NCBI GenBank assembly: GCA_030429765.1
Contig: JAUIER010000009.1
Coordinates: 49,941-113,940, forward strand
Origin: a bacterium
GTDB taxonomy: Bacteria > Omnitrophota > Gorgyraeia > Zapsychrales > Zapsychraceae
Direction: 5' to 3'
Length of the DNA stretch: 64,000 nucleotides
The position numbers and the translations under genes were made by a program. The notes beneath the pieces were generated by a model that was not told the DNA's origin, made no database searches, and saw nothing but the letters and a program-made list of their open reading frames with translations. Position 1 is the stretch's first letter, and every line of letters starts with the position of its first letter. This document shows, piece by piece, positions 9,112-18,297 of this stretch.

Positions 9112-11508
9112 ATGAGATTTTGTTTTGCGACAAATAAGTGTATATTCGCCGTGGCCGCGCTGTTGATTGTCTTTGCTTTTTGTGATCGGACATCAGTGTA
9201 TGCACAGCGGTCCACGCCCGGGCAACCAGACTTAATTGAGCTTACCGATGATTATCGGCCTGCCCTGATTAAAGGGGTTCGGGTTGATCCCGATAATGCC
9301 CTTGCGTTTCAATTTATTATTGATCCAGGGGGCACCTCGTTTCAGGATGAAGCCTTCCAACGTCAAGCGACAAAGTTAATTAAATACTTTCTCACCGCGT
9401 TAACTATTCCCGAAGATGAACTATGGGTCAATCTGTCACCGTATGAATCGCATCGGATTATTCCCGATCGTTTTGGTCAAACGGAGATGGGGCGTGATTT
9501 GCTGGAGTTGGATTATCAGCTCAAGCAGCTGACCTCCTCAATGATGTATCCCGAAACCCCGATCGGTCAGTCATTTTGGCAGCGTGTGTATCAACGCGCG
9601 CAATCGCTTCACGGTTCCACGGAGATTCCGATGAATACTTATAACAAGATCTGGATAATTCCGGAGTCCGCGCAGGTCTACGAAGATGAGCTCGGAGCGT
9701 TTGTAGTTGACAGCCATTTGCAGGTAATGCTCGAAGAGGATTATTTGGCATTACAGCATCACACGGCTGAGTCGGCGAAGGCCGCGGATGATGTCATCAG
9801 TGGAGTCTCGTCCAAAATTGTGCGTGAGGTATTGATCCCGGAGATTGAACATGAGGTCAACAACGGCAAGATCTTTGCTGAATTACGGCAGATGTACAGC
9901 GCGCTGGTGCTGGCGGCTTGGTACAAGCAGTCCGTAACATCGGGGCTTCTGGATAAATCCTATGTCGACCAGGGTAAAGTTCAGGGAGTGCACATACAAA
10001 AAGAGGGAGTACGGGAGGAAATCTATCAGCGTTATGTTATGGCCTTCAGGAAAGGGGTTTATGATTATATCCGTGAGGATGTTGATCTTCAGACCGGACA
10101 GTTAATCCCGCGCAGATATTTCTCCGGCGGCGTTGAGCTCAGCGCTGAGCGCCAACGAGTGGACCTGTCTACGCTAGCGAAGGAGTTAGGCGGCACAGAG
10201 GCAAGTCTGATTCGGGTGTCGGCGGATCTGGAGGCGATTACGAATAGCGCCTCTAAAATCGACCGGGCGCAGTTAGGTCAGCATACGGCAGACCTGTTGT
10301 TATATCGGGAGTTAATGCTGTTGCGAGATCAAAATCTGCCGTTCCGTCCCGAAGATTTCCGAGGGACGGGCACTGAACTTGAACGTCTTCCCGCCCGGTT
10401 ACTGGAAAAGGCCATTGATATCATGAAAAACCATCACATCGGTCAGTTTCGCGCGGATGGGACCACCGAGTACATTACGCATCCATTGGGGGTTGCCGCG
10501 ATTTACCTGAACGAACTGGGTATTAATGATCCCGAAGTCTTCATGGCCCTCTTGTTTCACGATGTCATCGAAAACAGTATCACCTATTATACAGACTTGC
10601 CAATCAACAAGATTACCGAGGAGGAGGCGATTGAGCTCAGGAAACGTCGTCCCAAGATTTCGCGCAGCGCCCGGGATCTGCATCGGGTGACCAAGCTTGT
10701 CATGGACGAGTTGGTGGCGGCTGGTGTCGACCGTCAAGGGCTGGATCTTGATCGTGTCTTTAGTCTTGTTAACGCGCTCAGTAAGCACAATGAACGGGAT
10801 ATCCACAAGCACTATCTGCCTGGTCTGGTCGATCAGGGTAGTGATGGGGTGCTGGCGAAGTTGATGGACCAAATCCATAATATCCGTACCAATATTTTTG
10901 CCACCGATGCGTCATTTGTGGAGAAGTACGTGTTTGGCGATGGACATAAACGAACGGGCAGTATTTACATTTATCTGGAGGCCCCGGTGGGAACAACAGG
11001 TAAGCCGTTTGTTGATCATCTTAATGAAGACCATCGGCATGTGAAAACGCTCTACCAAATCGCCTTGTTCAAGACCATTGAAGGGAATCTTGAACGTTTA
11101 ACACGGATCCATACAATCCGCGATGTGCTCGCGGTGATTCATCGGATTGCGCCGGATCTGACAATGGACCTGCATTATCATTCCAGGGAGCATGCGCTCG
11201 AGGAGGCCATTGCCCAGATGCAGCAACGGTTTGATCAGCAGGTCGCCGCCATTGACGCGGCGATGATCAGCGACTTTACCAAGGGTGGAATTGATCTGAA
11301 TCAGGCGCATTTAAAGCTGGAGGTCGCCGGCGAGCGGCGGATTCAAATCCAGTCACCGGAGTCCTGGACGGAGGAATCCGTAGAGATAGAAGGGTTTGTT
11401 CCGGTTATCCAGGAAGTCGTTCCGATGATCGATCCGCTTGAAACGCTGGGTTTGGGAGATAGTGCCCTAAAGGCGGACAGTCTGGCGTATGAAATGTCAG
11501 ATGATTAG
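9112..11508 (+). CDS. Large protein with N-terminal signal/anchor and a RelA/SpoT-type HD (ppGpp hydrolase-like) domain
   Basis: The N-terminal hydrophobic segment is MRFCFATNKCIFAVAALLIVFAF. The HD motif is HHIGQFRADGTTEYITHPLGVAAIYL...ALLFHDVIENS. Confidence 0.6.
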   Translation: MRFCFATNKCIFAVAALLIVFAFCDRTSVYAQRSTPGQPDLIELTDDYRPALIKGVRVDPDNALAFQFIIDPGGTSFQDEAFQRQATKLIKYFLTALTIPEDELWVNLSPYESHRIIPDRFGQTEMGRDLLELDYQLKQLTSSMMYPETPIGQSFWQRVYQRAQSLHGSTEIPMNTYNKIWIIPESAQVYEDELGAFVVDSHLQVMLEEDYLALQHHTAESAKAADDVISGVSSKIVREVLIPEIEHEVNNGKIFAELRQMYSALVLAAWYKQSVTSGLLDKSYVDQGKVQGVHIQKEGVREEIYQRYVMAFRKGVYDYIREDVDLQTGQLIPRRYFSGGVELSAERQRVDLSTLAKELGGTEASLIRVSADLEAITNSASKIDRAQLGQHTADLLLYRELMLLRDQNLPFRPEDFRGTGTELERLPARLLEKAIDIMKNHHIGQFRADGTTEYITHPLGVAAIYLNELGINDPEVFMALLFHDVIENSITYYTDLPINKITEEEAIELRKRRPKISRSARDLHRVTKLVMDELVAAGVDRQGLDLDRVFSLVNALSKHNERDIHKHYLPGLVDQGSDGVLAKLMDQIHNIRTNIFATDASFVEKYVFGDGHKRTGSIYIYLEAPVGTTGKPFVDHLNEDHRHVKTLYQIALFKTIEGNLERLTRIHTIRDVLAVIHRIAPDLTMDLHYHSREHALEEAIAQMQQRFDQQVAAIDAAMISDFTKGGIDLNQAHLKLEVAGERRIQIQSPESWTEESVEIEGFVPVIQEVVPMIDPLETLGLGDSALKADSLAYEMSDD

Positions 11509-11606
11509 ATTTGGGTGTGAATCAAAAGGCATATGAAGGCCCATAAATAACTTAAATATATGGTATAAAACAACTTATATGGTGATTATGCTGATCTCAA
11601 ATTGTG

Positions 11607-11635
11607 TTGAAAATCATTTTTGCATATGATATGCT
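11607..11635 (+). promoter_or_regulatory. Putative sigma70 promoter for the tRNA (TTGAAA-17-TATGCT)
   Basis: TTGAAA at 11607-11612, a 17-nt spacer, then TATGCT at 11630-11635. It lies about 100 nt upstream of the tRNA. Confidence 0.3.
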
Positions 11636-11738
11636 GAATGACAAAATTGAGCTAAGTATATACGAATACTTTGAGTTACGTCTAATTCTTGACCAACTAA
11701 GGTGTTCGGGGAGATGAATCATACATTCAAGGATTTCC

Positions 11739-11812
11739 GGGCCTTTAGCTCAGTCGGTTAGAGCAGTTCACTCATAATGAATTGGTCCCAGGTTCGAGTC
11801 CTGGAAGGCCCA
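11739..11812 (+). tRNA. tRNA-Met (anticodon CAT), elongator-type, possibly tRNA-Ile2 (lysidine)
   Basis: The 74-nt sequence folds as a cloverleaf: acceptor GGGCCTT/AAGGCCC, D-arm GCTC..GAGC, anticodon loop CTCATAA, T-arm CCAGG-TTCGAGT-CCTGG, discriminator A. It has no initiator hallmarks. Confidence 0.85.
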
Positions 11813-11855
11813 GTTTACCAAGACCTAATAATTATCCCTAGATAAAGGACAGAGC

Positions 11856-12578
11856 GTGGAGACTTCGGTAAAGGATCAAATAAAAAAACTAGTCGAAATA
11901 CAAAAGTTGGATGGTGAAATCTATGATCTCAACAAAGAGATCAAGGAAAAACCGCTGCTGATTGATGAGCTCAAGGAACAGTTCGAAACCACCAAGGCTC
12001 ATCTTAATCAATTGGAAGCTGAAGCCAAAGCGGTCCTGGTTGCCCGTAAAGATTTTGAACTGGAGCTTCAATCCAAAGAGGATGCCATCGCCAAGTCCAA
12101 TGCAGATTTGTCGCAGATCAAGACCAACAAGGAGTATACGGCCAAGGTCAACGAGATCGAAAGTATAAAAGCCGATAAGTCTCAAACCGAAGAAAAAATT
12201 CTCAAGTCATACGATCAGGTCGATAAAATCAATGTCGATATAGATAAAGAAAAAGTCGTTGTCGGTGAGCGTGAAAAGGAATACTTAAGTAAGAAAAAGG
12301 AAATTGAAGACGAGATTAAGGTTCTACAGGATCGTGTTCAAGTTCTCGACGGACAGCGAAAGCAAATTGCCCCGGATATCGATCCGCCGTTACTAGCTCA
12401 ATATGAAAAGCTGCTGCAGCACAAAGAGGGGCGCGCGATTGTGGCGGTACACGGAACGTCATGCGGTGGATGCTACATGAATGTCATGCAGCAAAGTCTT
12501 AATCTGATCAAGATGCACACGGAAGTGGTCCGTTGCGATTATTGTTCGCGGATGCTCTACATCGAGGATGATCTTTGA
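11856..12578 (+). CDS. Coiled-coil protein with C-terminal C4 zinc ribbon (COG1579 family)
   Basis: The start codon is GTG with an AAGGA RBS. A long coiled coil precedes CGGCYMNV....CDYCSRMLY. Confidence 0.75.
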   Translation: METSVKDQIKKLVEIQKLDGEIYDLNKEIKEKPLLIDELKEQFETTKAHLNQLEAEAKAVLVARKDFELELQSKEDAIAKSNADLSQIKTNKEYTAKVNEIESIKADKSQTEEKILKSYDQVDKINVDIDKEKVVVGEREKEYLSKKKEIEDEIKVLQDRVQVLDGQRKQIAPDIDPPLLAQYEKLLQHKEGRAIVAVHGTSCGGCYMNVMQQSLNLIKMHTEVVRCDYCSRMLYIEDDL

Positions 12579-13042
12579 GTTTAAAGTCGTTGGTGATCAA
12601 TGTCGACGGTGCGTGCAGTGGCAATCCGGGAGAGGCCGGGATTGGCGTTGTGGTCCGTCAGGACGATAAGATCATTAAAGAGATATCGCAGCCAATTGGC
12701 GTGGCGACGAATAATATCGCTGAATATACCGCGCTGATTTACGGATTGCAGGAAGGGTTGATCCAGCGGGCAGATGAAGTTTATGTGATCACCGATAGCG
12801 AATTGGTATTCAATCAAATAGCGGGCAATTATAAGGTCAAGAATGAAAAAATCAAACCGCTATTTGATCAGGTAAAGCATTTAGTTCAAGGGTTTAAGTC
12901 GTTTAAAATAGAGCATGTTCTGCGTGGAAAGAACCAGGACGCGGATCGGCTTGCAACACAATCCATAGCTAAAAAACAGACCAAGATGGTTGCCTCGTTG
13001 TTTGATAACAACGAGGAGGAAAGTCCGAGCTCCACAGGATAG
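12575..13042 (+). CDS. rnhA: Ribonuclease HI
   Basis: The N-terminus LVINVDGACSGNPGEAGIGVV is RNase H-like. The start is TTG overlapping the upstream stop. The last ~23 codons overlap rnpB. Confidence 0.8.
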   Translation: MSLKSLVINVDGACSGNPGEAGIGVVVRQDDKIIKEISQPIGVATNNIAEYTALIYGLQEGLIQRADEVYVITDSELVFNQIAGNYKVKNEKIKPLFDQVKHLVQGFKSFKIEHVLRGKNQDADRLATQSIAKKQTKMVASLFDNNEEESPSSTG

Positions 13043-13352
13043 TATACCCTGGTAACGCAGGGCCTTACCGGTTTGCTTCGCATGCCGGTATGAGGATTAG
13101 AGCCACAGTGACGAATAAGGCGAATTTGTCTCTGACAAATCCGCTATAGTGAAACGAGCAATCTCTATACGGAGCAATGCCAAATAGGTGAAGATTTAAC
13201 TTCGGTTAAGACGAATTGATCCGGTTCGTTGATTCACGGGTAGGCTGCAAGAGTTTAAGAAGTGATTCTTAAAGTGAGTTGAATAACCATCGAGCCAGAT
13301 TGATTGTTATGATCGGGCTGGCTTCACAGAACTCGGCTTATACAGTCTGTTT
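12973..13352 (+). ncRNA. rnpB: RNase P RNA (bacterial type A)
   Basis: The P4 5' strand GAGGAAAGTCCGAGCTCC is present. The 3' strand ACAGAACTCGGCTTA shows a compensatory CCGAG/CTCGG pairing. GGTAACGC and GGGTAGGCTGC are conserved. A P3 hairpin CCTCGTTGT..ACAACGAGG is present. P1 pairs AACAGAC with GTCTGTT. Confidence 0.88.
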
Positions 13353-13447
13353 AATTATAGAATTGAACGGTGGATTATTGCGAAACAGTCAGTAAATCCG
13401 TCGGCAAGACTTCAACAAATAAGCATTTCAAAAATGGAGGAGATGTA

Positions 13448-14206
13448 ATGTCAGGACATAGTAAATGGGCGAGTATTAAACATAAAAAGGGAGCGGCTGA
13501 CGCCAAGCGTGGAGCAGCCTTCTCGAAAATGGCGAAAGAAATTACTGCTGTGGCCAAGACCGGCGGCGGAGATCCTGATGCAAACGCGTCTCTACGAACA
13601 GTGATTGAACGGGCCAAAGGCATTAACATGCCCAAGGACAAGATCGAGAATGCGATCAAGAAAGGGACGGGTGAAATTCCTGGTGTTACATATGATGAGG
13701 TCTCATTTGATGCGTATGGTCCCGGAGGTGTAGCGATGATGATTACCGGTTTGACTGATAACAACAACCGGACATCAGCCGAGATCAAGGCCATTTTGAA
13801 ACGTAAGAATGGTAGCTCGGCCGGAGCCGGCGCGACATCGTTCCTGTTTTCGAAAAAGGGTTTTATTTCAATCGAGAAAGACAAAGTCAGTGAAGAGGAT
13901 TTGATGGATGTGGCTTTGGAAGCAGGCGCGGAAGATATTAAATCAGACGGCAACTATCATGAAATCACGACAGACATCAATGATCTGAATGCCGTCCGTG
14001 AGGCGATCGAGGCCAAGGGAATTCCTATGGTTACAGCTGAAATGACGATGATCCCAAGTAACTATGTGAAGGTCGAGGGGAACGAAGCCAAGCAGTTGCT
14101 TTCATTGATGGAAGCCCTTGAAGAGCATGAGGACGTCCAAAATGTATACGCCAACTTCGACATTTCGGACGAAGAAATGGATCGGATTGCAGCCGAAGAA
14201 GGCTAA
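13448..14206 (+). CDS. yebC: YebC/PmpR family DNA-binding transcriptional regulator
   Basis: The N-terminus reads MSGHSKWASIKHKKG. A GGAGG RBS sits 7 nt upstream. The track ORF starts at an upstream GTG at 13370. Confidence 0.9.
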   Translation: MSGHSKWASIKHKKGAADAKRGAAFSKMAKEITAVAKTGGGDPDANASLRTVIERAKGINMPKDKIENAIKKGTGEIPGVTYDEVSFDAYGPGGVAMMITGLTDNNNRTSAEIKAILKRKNGSSAGAGATSFLFSKKGFISIEKDKVSEEDLMDVALEAGAEDIKSDGNYHEITTDINDLNAVREAIEAKGIPMVTAEMTMIPSNYVKVEGNEAKQLLSLMEALEEHEDVQNVYANFDISDEEMDRIAAEEG

Positions 14207-14688
14207 TGCGCGTAATAGGGGTTGATCCCGGATCAAACGCGACCGGTTACGGAATCATCGAAGCGCAAAGCGGCAAGATCAAGATCCTGGAAATCGGCAC
14301 GATCGAGCCCAAAAAGTCGGACCCGCTACGATTTCGGATTCTCAAGATACATTCAATCCTTAAAAAATTGATCCAGCAGTATCATCCGGATGTCATGGTC
14401 CTGGAAAAACTTTACGCGCACCACAAGTATCCGGCCACAGCTGCGGTTATCGGTCATGCCCGGGGCGTGATTTGCCTGGCCAGCGCTGAGAGCAATATTG
14501 AGCTGGTTGAACACAGTGTTAAACGTATCCGGAAGGCCATAACCGGCAACGGAAACGCGACCAAACACCAGACACGCAGTGTGGTGGCGCACATTTTATC
14601 GATAGATGAATCCAAACTCACCCTTGATGCCAGCGACGCGCTGGCATTAAGTTTGGGGTACGCCTACATGGAAAACCTTCACAGATGA
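14206..14688 (+). CDS. ruvC: Crossover junction endodeoxyribonuclease RuvC
   Basis: The N-terminus is MRVIGVDPGSNATGYGIIE. Confidence 0.9.
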   Translation: MRVIGVDPGSNATGYGIIEAQSGKIKILEIGTIEPKKSDPLRFRILKIHSILKKLIQQYHPDVMVLEKLYAHHKYPATAAVIGHARGVICLASAESNIELVEHSVKRIRKAITGNGNATKHQTRSVVAHILSIDESKLTLDASDALALSLGYAYMENLHR

Positions 14689-15311
14689 TCGTAAAAATAG
14701 CCGGACAATTAGTCGAAAAAAATGAACAATCGGTTGTTTTGCGTCTCAATGGGCTTTATTATGAAGTGATGGTTCCGCAATCGGTGCTGCAGCGCATTGC
14801 CGACGACTATCCGGCCGAACAGGAACTGGAATTGATCACGTATCACTATTATCAGATGAATCAGTCCAGTGCCGTACCGTTATTGATCGGATTCTTGAAT
14901 AAGATCGAATGTGATTTTTTTCAGCAGTTTATCAAGGTTTCCGGTATCGGACCGCGCGCGGCCGTCAAGGCGATCAACAAGCCGATCAGTGAAATTACCC
15001 AGGCCATCGACGCTGGCGATGTCAAGATGCTCAAGACATTGCCCGGGATTGGTCTGCAACGCGCCAAGGAAATTGTGGCCAAGCTTCAGGGTAAGGTCAG
15101 CAAATATGGTTTAATCCAAGACCGGGTGGCTACACCTGTAGCGGCCGAGGCGCCTGATTGGCAGGAAGAGGCGTTAAACGTATTGCTTCAGCTTCAGTAC
15201 AAGAAGCCGGAAGCCCAGGATATGATCGAAAAGGCTTTAAAACGTTCTGACAGCATTGATACATCCGAGAAGCTTTTGAATGAAATTTACAAACAAAAGG
15301 TGAATGCTTAA
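14685..15311 (+). CDS. ruvA: Holliday junction branch migration protein RuvA
   Basis: It has the RuvA domain architecture, a helix-hairpin-helix motif (LKTLPGIG), and overlaps ruvC. Confidence 0.9.
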   Translation: MIVKIAGQLVEKNEQSVVLRLNGLYYEVMVPQSVLQRIADDYPAEQELELITYHYYQMNQSSAVPLLIGFLNKIECDFFQQFIKVSGIGPRAAVKAINKPISEITQAIDAGDVKMLKTLPGIGLQRAKEIVAKLQGKVSKYGLIQDRVATPVAAEAPDWQEEALNVLLQLQYKKPEAQDMIEKALKRSDSIDTSEKLLNEIYKQKVNA

Positions 15312-16153
15312 TGGAAAACGAAACGAACGAGCCGCTTAACTACATCAAAGGTGTGGTTGAGTCTTTGCTTTTCGTGAACGAACGTCCGGTGACTCTCGAA
15401 CAGATCAAGCGGGTATTGGAAACCGTCACTCCCAAGGAAATCAAACAGGCCATTGCTTCTCTTAAAGAAGAATTTGAATCGAGGGGGGCTGGAATTACGA
15501 TTGAGGAGATTGCCGGCGGATATCAGATGTTAAGCAATCCCAAGTATGTCAGCTATGTTCGGAAGTTTTATAAAACCAAGCATAAAGAAAAACTTTCAAA
15601 ACCGGCGCTTGAGACGCTGGCGATCATTGCCTATAAGCAGCCGGTCACGCGCGGTGATATTGAGTTAATTCGCGGCGTAAATTCGGATGGTGTCGTCGCG
15701 CATTTGCTGAATAAAGAACTGATCAAGATGGCGGGCCGAAAAGATATTCCGGGCCGGCCGTTTTTATATGGAACCACGAAACAATTTTTGGAATATTTTG
15801 GACTGAAGTCGCTGGACATTCTGCCGAACCTTGAAGAATTAAGTATTTTATCGTCGAGAGATGAAGAGGAATCTGAAGACGAAGGTGTTGGCGTGCCGGA
15901 AAGCGCGTTGGCGGTCAATTCGTTGGAGAAGCAGAAACAGCGGGCCATCGCAGAGGCGGAGCGGAACGCTATGCCAGAGGAATCCGACTCAATCGATTCT
16001 GCCCCGGCGACAGAAGCCGTCGCGGACATATCGGAGGAGACAGAATCATCGCTCGAGCCAGACGCCGAAGGTGAACCGCAGGTGGCGACAGCAACCTTAA
16101 CAGCACAGGATGAACAACCGGACGAACGTAAGGAAGAAAATGAGTCTCAATAG
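15311..16153 (+). CDS. scpB: Segregation and condensation protein B (ScpB) with acidic C-terminal tail
   Basis: SLLFVNERPVTLEQI and ETLAIIAYKQPVTRGDIELIRGV match the ScpB winged helices. Confidence 0.85.
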   Translation: MENETNEPLNYIKGVVESLLFVNERPVTLEQIKRVLETVTPKEIKQAIASLKEEFESRGAGITIEEIAGGYQMLSNPKYVSYVRKFYKTKHKEKLSKPALETLAIIAYKQPVTRGDIELIRGVNSDGVVAHLLNKELIKMAGRKDIPGRPFLYGTTKQFLEYFGLKSLDILPNLEELSILSSRDEEESEDEGVGVPESALAVNSLEKQKQRAIAEAERNAMPEESDSIDSAPATEAVADISEETESSLEPDAEGEPQVATATLTAQDEQPDERKEENESQ

Positions 16154-17201
16154 TTACCGCAAAAAGATTGACGAGATTGATGCGAAGGTCATAAAGTTAC
16201 TAAACGAACGCGCCGAAATGAGTCAGGCGATCGGGGCGCGGAAGTTAAAAACGAATACCGGAATATACGCGCCAGCGCGTGAGAAGCAGGTTTTTGACAA
16301 TATCAAAAAACTTAACCAAGGGCCGATGAGTCAGGAGGCCTTTGAAGCGATTTACCGTGAGATCATGTCGAGCTCATTGGCTCTTGAGAAGTCATTGAAG
16401 ATCGCCTATCTCGGTCCGGAAGATTCGTATACCCATCTGGCATCGATCAAGAAGTTTGGTTCTCAAATTGATTACCAGCCATGTGACAGCATTTTGGATG
16501 TTTTCAAATGTGTTGAAAACGACGAATGTGAGTATGGCGTCGTTCCTATTGAAAATTCCACGGAAGGCGTTGTCACGCACACCATTGATATGCTGGTGGA
16601 CTCCGAACTAAAGATCTGCGCGCAGATCCTGATGAAGATTTCACATAATTTGATCTCCAAGACTACGCTGCGCCAGATCAAAAAAATCTACTCTAATTCA
16701 CAGGTTTTTGGTCAGTGCCGGCATTGGTTGCATAAGAATATGCCGGGGGTGGATTTGGTTCCGATTGAATCGACCAGCAAGGCGGCTCAAAAGGCCTCGA
16801 AGGAAAAAAATACAGCCGCGATATCGTCGTCGATGGCGGCCAAGACCTATGGCCTAAAGGTGCTCAAATCAAATATTCAGGATATCGCGCATAATGCGAC
16901 AAGATTTCTGGTGATCGCCAAGCAGGACGTGCCCGCGACGGGAAGCGATCGCACCACTATATTGTTTTCAATCAAAGATAAAGTCGGCGCATTGCATGGC
17001 ATGTTGACGCCGTTCTACAAAAATAAAATAAATTTAACCAAAATTGAGTCACGACCATCGAAAAAACGTGCATGGGATTATTATTTCTTTGTTGATTTTA
17101 ACGGACATCGTTCAGATAAGAATGTTAAATTAGCCTTAAGTCAGTTGGAAAACATGTGCAAGTATCTGAAGGTGGTCGGCTCGTATCCAAGTTTGGATTG
17201 A
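16140..17201 (+). CDS. pheA: Bifunctional chorismate mutase / prephenate dehydratase
   Basis: A chorismate mutase helix (IDEIDAKVIKLLNERAEMS), a PDT domain (IAYLGPEDSYTHLA), and a C-terminal ACT domain are present. The start is taken at the internal ATG 16140. The track ORF starts at 16110. Confidence 0.85.
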   Translation: MSLNSYRKKIDEIDAKVIKLLNERAEMSQAIGARKLKTNTGIYAPAREKQVFDNIKKLNQGPMSQEAFEAIYREIMSSSLALEKSLKIAYLGPEDSYTHLASIKKFGSQIDYQPCDSILDVFKCVENDECEYGVVPIENSTEGVVTHTIDMLVDSELKICAQILMKISHNLISKTTLRQIKKIYSNSQVFGQCRHWLHKNMPGVDLVPIESTSKAAQKASKEKNTAAISSSMAAKTYGLKVLKSNIQDIAHNATRFLVIAKQDVPATGSDRTTILFSIKDKVGALHGMLTPFYKNKINLTKIESRPSKKRAWDYYFFVDFNGHRSDKNVKLALSQLENMCKYLKVVGSYPSLD

Positions 17202-17202
17202 T

Positions 17203-18297
17203 ATGCGAGATTTAAGAAGTGTTGCCAAGCAGACGGTGCTTCAAGTTAAGCCGTATGTTCCGGGCAAGCCTATCGAAGAGGTCAAACGTGAGCTGAAACT
17301 TACGGATGTCATCAAGCTGGCTTCGAACGAAAACCCATACAAGCCCTCACCCCGAGTCCTTCAGGCGATTAAGTCGGCGTCTTTGCAGATTAACCGCTAT
17401 CCCGACGGAGGATGTCACTATCTGCGTGAAAAATTAGCTAAATTTTTAAAAGTCAGGCCGGAGCAGCTGGTTTTCGGAAACGGTTCGGATGAACTAATCG
17501 TCTTGGCGGTGCGGCTTTTTGTCGGTGACAAAGACGAGGTCGTGATGGCTCAGCCGTCATTTTTGGTATATTCCATCGCATCCAGTATTGCCGGCGCGCA
17601 GATCAAGAATGTTCCGCTTAAAGATTTTCATTATGATTTACCGGCGATGAAAAAGGCAATCACGAGCAGGACCCGTATCGTATTTTTGGGTAACCCGGAT
17701 AATCCCGCCGGAACTTATCTCAAGCAAAAAGACGTAGAGAGCTTTCTCGAGGGAATCCCGCAGGATGTTCTCGTCTTTATTGACGAAGCCTATTTTGAGT
17801 ATGTGCACGCCAGAGACTATGTCAATTCCATCCAGCTGTTAAAGAAATACAAGAATATTATAATTTCGCGGACATTCTCCAAGATGTACGGACTGGCCGG
17901 GCTGCGTGTCGGTTATGGGGTGTGCCATAAGGATCTCAGCGATTTGTTCAACCGGATTCGAGAGCCGTTCAATGTGAACTCTGTCGCCCAGGCGGCCGCG
18001 ATCGCTTGCCTTGAAGATCAGGATTACTATCGAGATATAGCTGAGAAGGTTGAGCGAGAACGGGCCTATCTCTATAAGAATTTTGAACGGCTGGGGTTGA
18101 ACTATCAGCCAAGCTGTACCAACTTTATTCTCCTTGATGTCGGACAGAATGGATCGGATGTGGTCAAGCGGCTGCTCAAGCGGGGCGTGATCGTCCGTGA
18201 CATGGGCTTTTGGGGAATGAATCAGCATATCCGCATTTCGATTGGGAAGAGGTCGGAAAATCGGCAGCTGATCAGCACATTGGAGCAGGTATTATGA
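17203..18297 (+). CDS. hisC: Histidinol-phosphate/aromatic aminotransferase (class II PLP aminotransferase)
   Basis: KLASNENPYKPSP is the HisC-family N-terminal motif, and the lysine region TFSKMYGLAGLRVGY is present. In an aromatic amino-acid operon it probably acts on phenylpyruvate/prephenate. Confidence 0.75.
   Translation: MRDLRSVAKQTVLQVKPYVPGKPIEEVKRELKLTDVIKLASNENPYKPSPRVLQAIKSASLQINRYPDGGCHYLREKLAKFLKVRPEQLVFGNGSDELIVLAVRLFVGDKDEVVMAQPSFLVYSIASSIAGAQIKNVPLKDFHYDLPAMKKAITSRTRIVFLGNPDNPAGTYLKQKDVESFLEGIPQDVLVFIDEAYFEYVHARDYVNSIQLLKKYKNIIISRTFSKMYGLAGLRVGYGVCHKDLSDLFNRIREPFNVNSVAQAAAIACLEDQDYYRDIAEKVERERAYLYKNFERLGLNYQPSCTNFILLDVGQNGSDVVKRLLKRGVIVRDMGFWGMNQHIRISIGKRSENRQLISTLEQVL

Noticed and set aside
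11739-11812. Initiator tRNA-fMet assignment for the CAT tRNA
   Set aside because: It has the 1:72 G-C pair rather than the initiator C1-A72 mismatch, and the anticodon stem lacks three consecutive G-C pairs. It is called elongator Met, or possibly Ile2.
13370-13447. Upstream GTG start of the yebC ORF as given in the track
   Set aside because: It would overlap the 3' end of rnpB. ATG 13448 has a GGAGG RBS and begins the conserved MSGHSKW N-terminus.
13375-13953. 192-aa minus-strand ORF
   Set aside because: It is antisense to yebC, whose identity is unambiguous.
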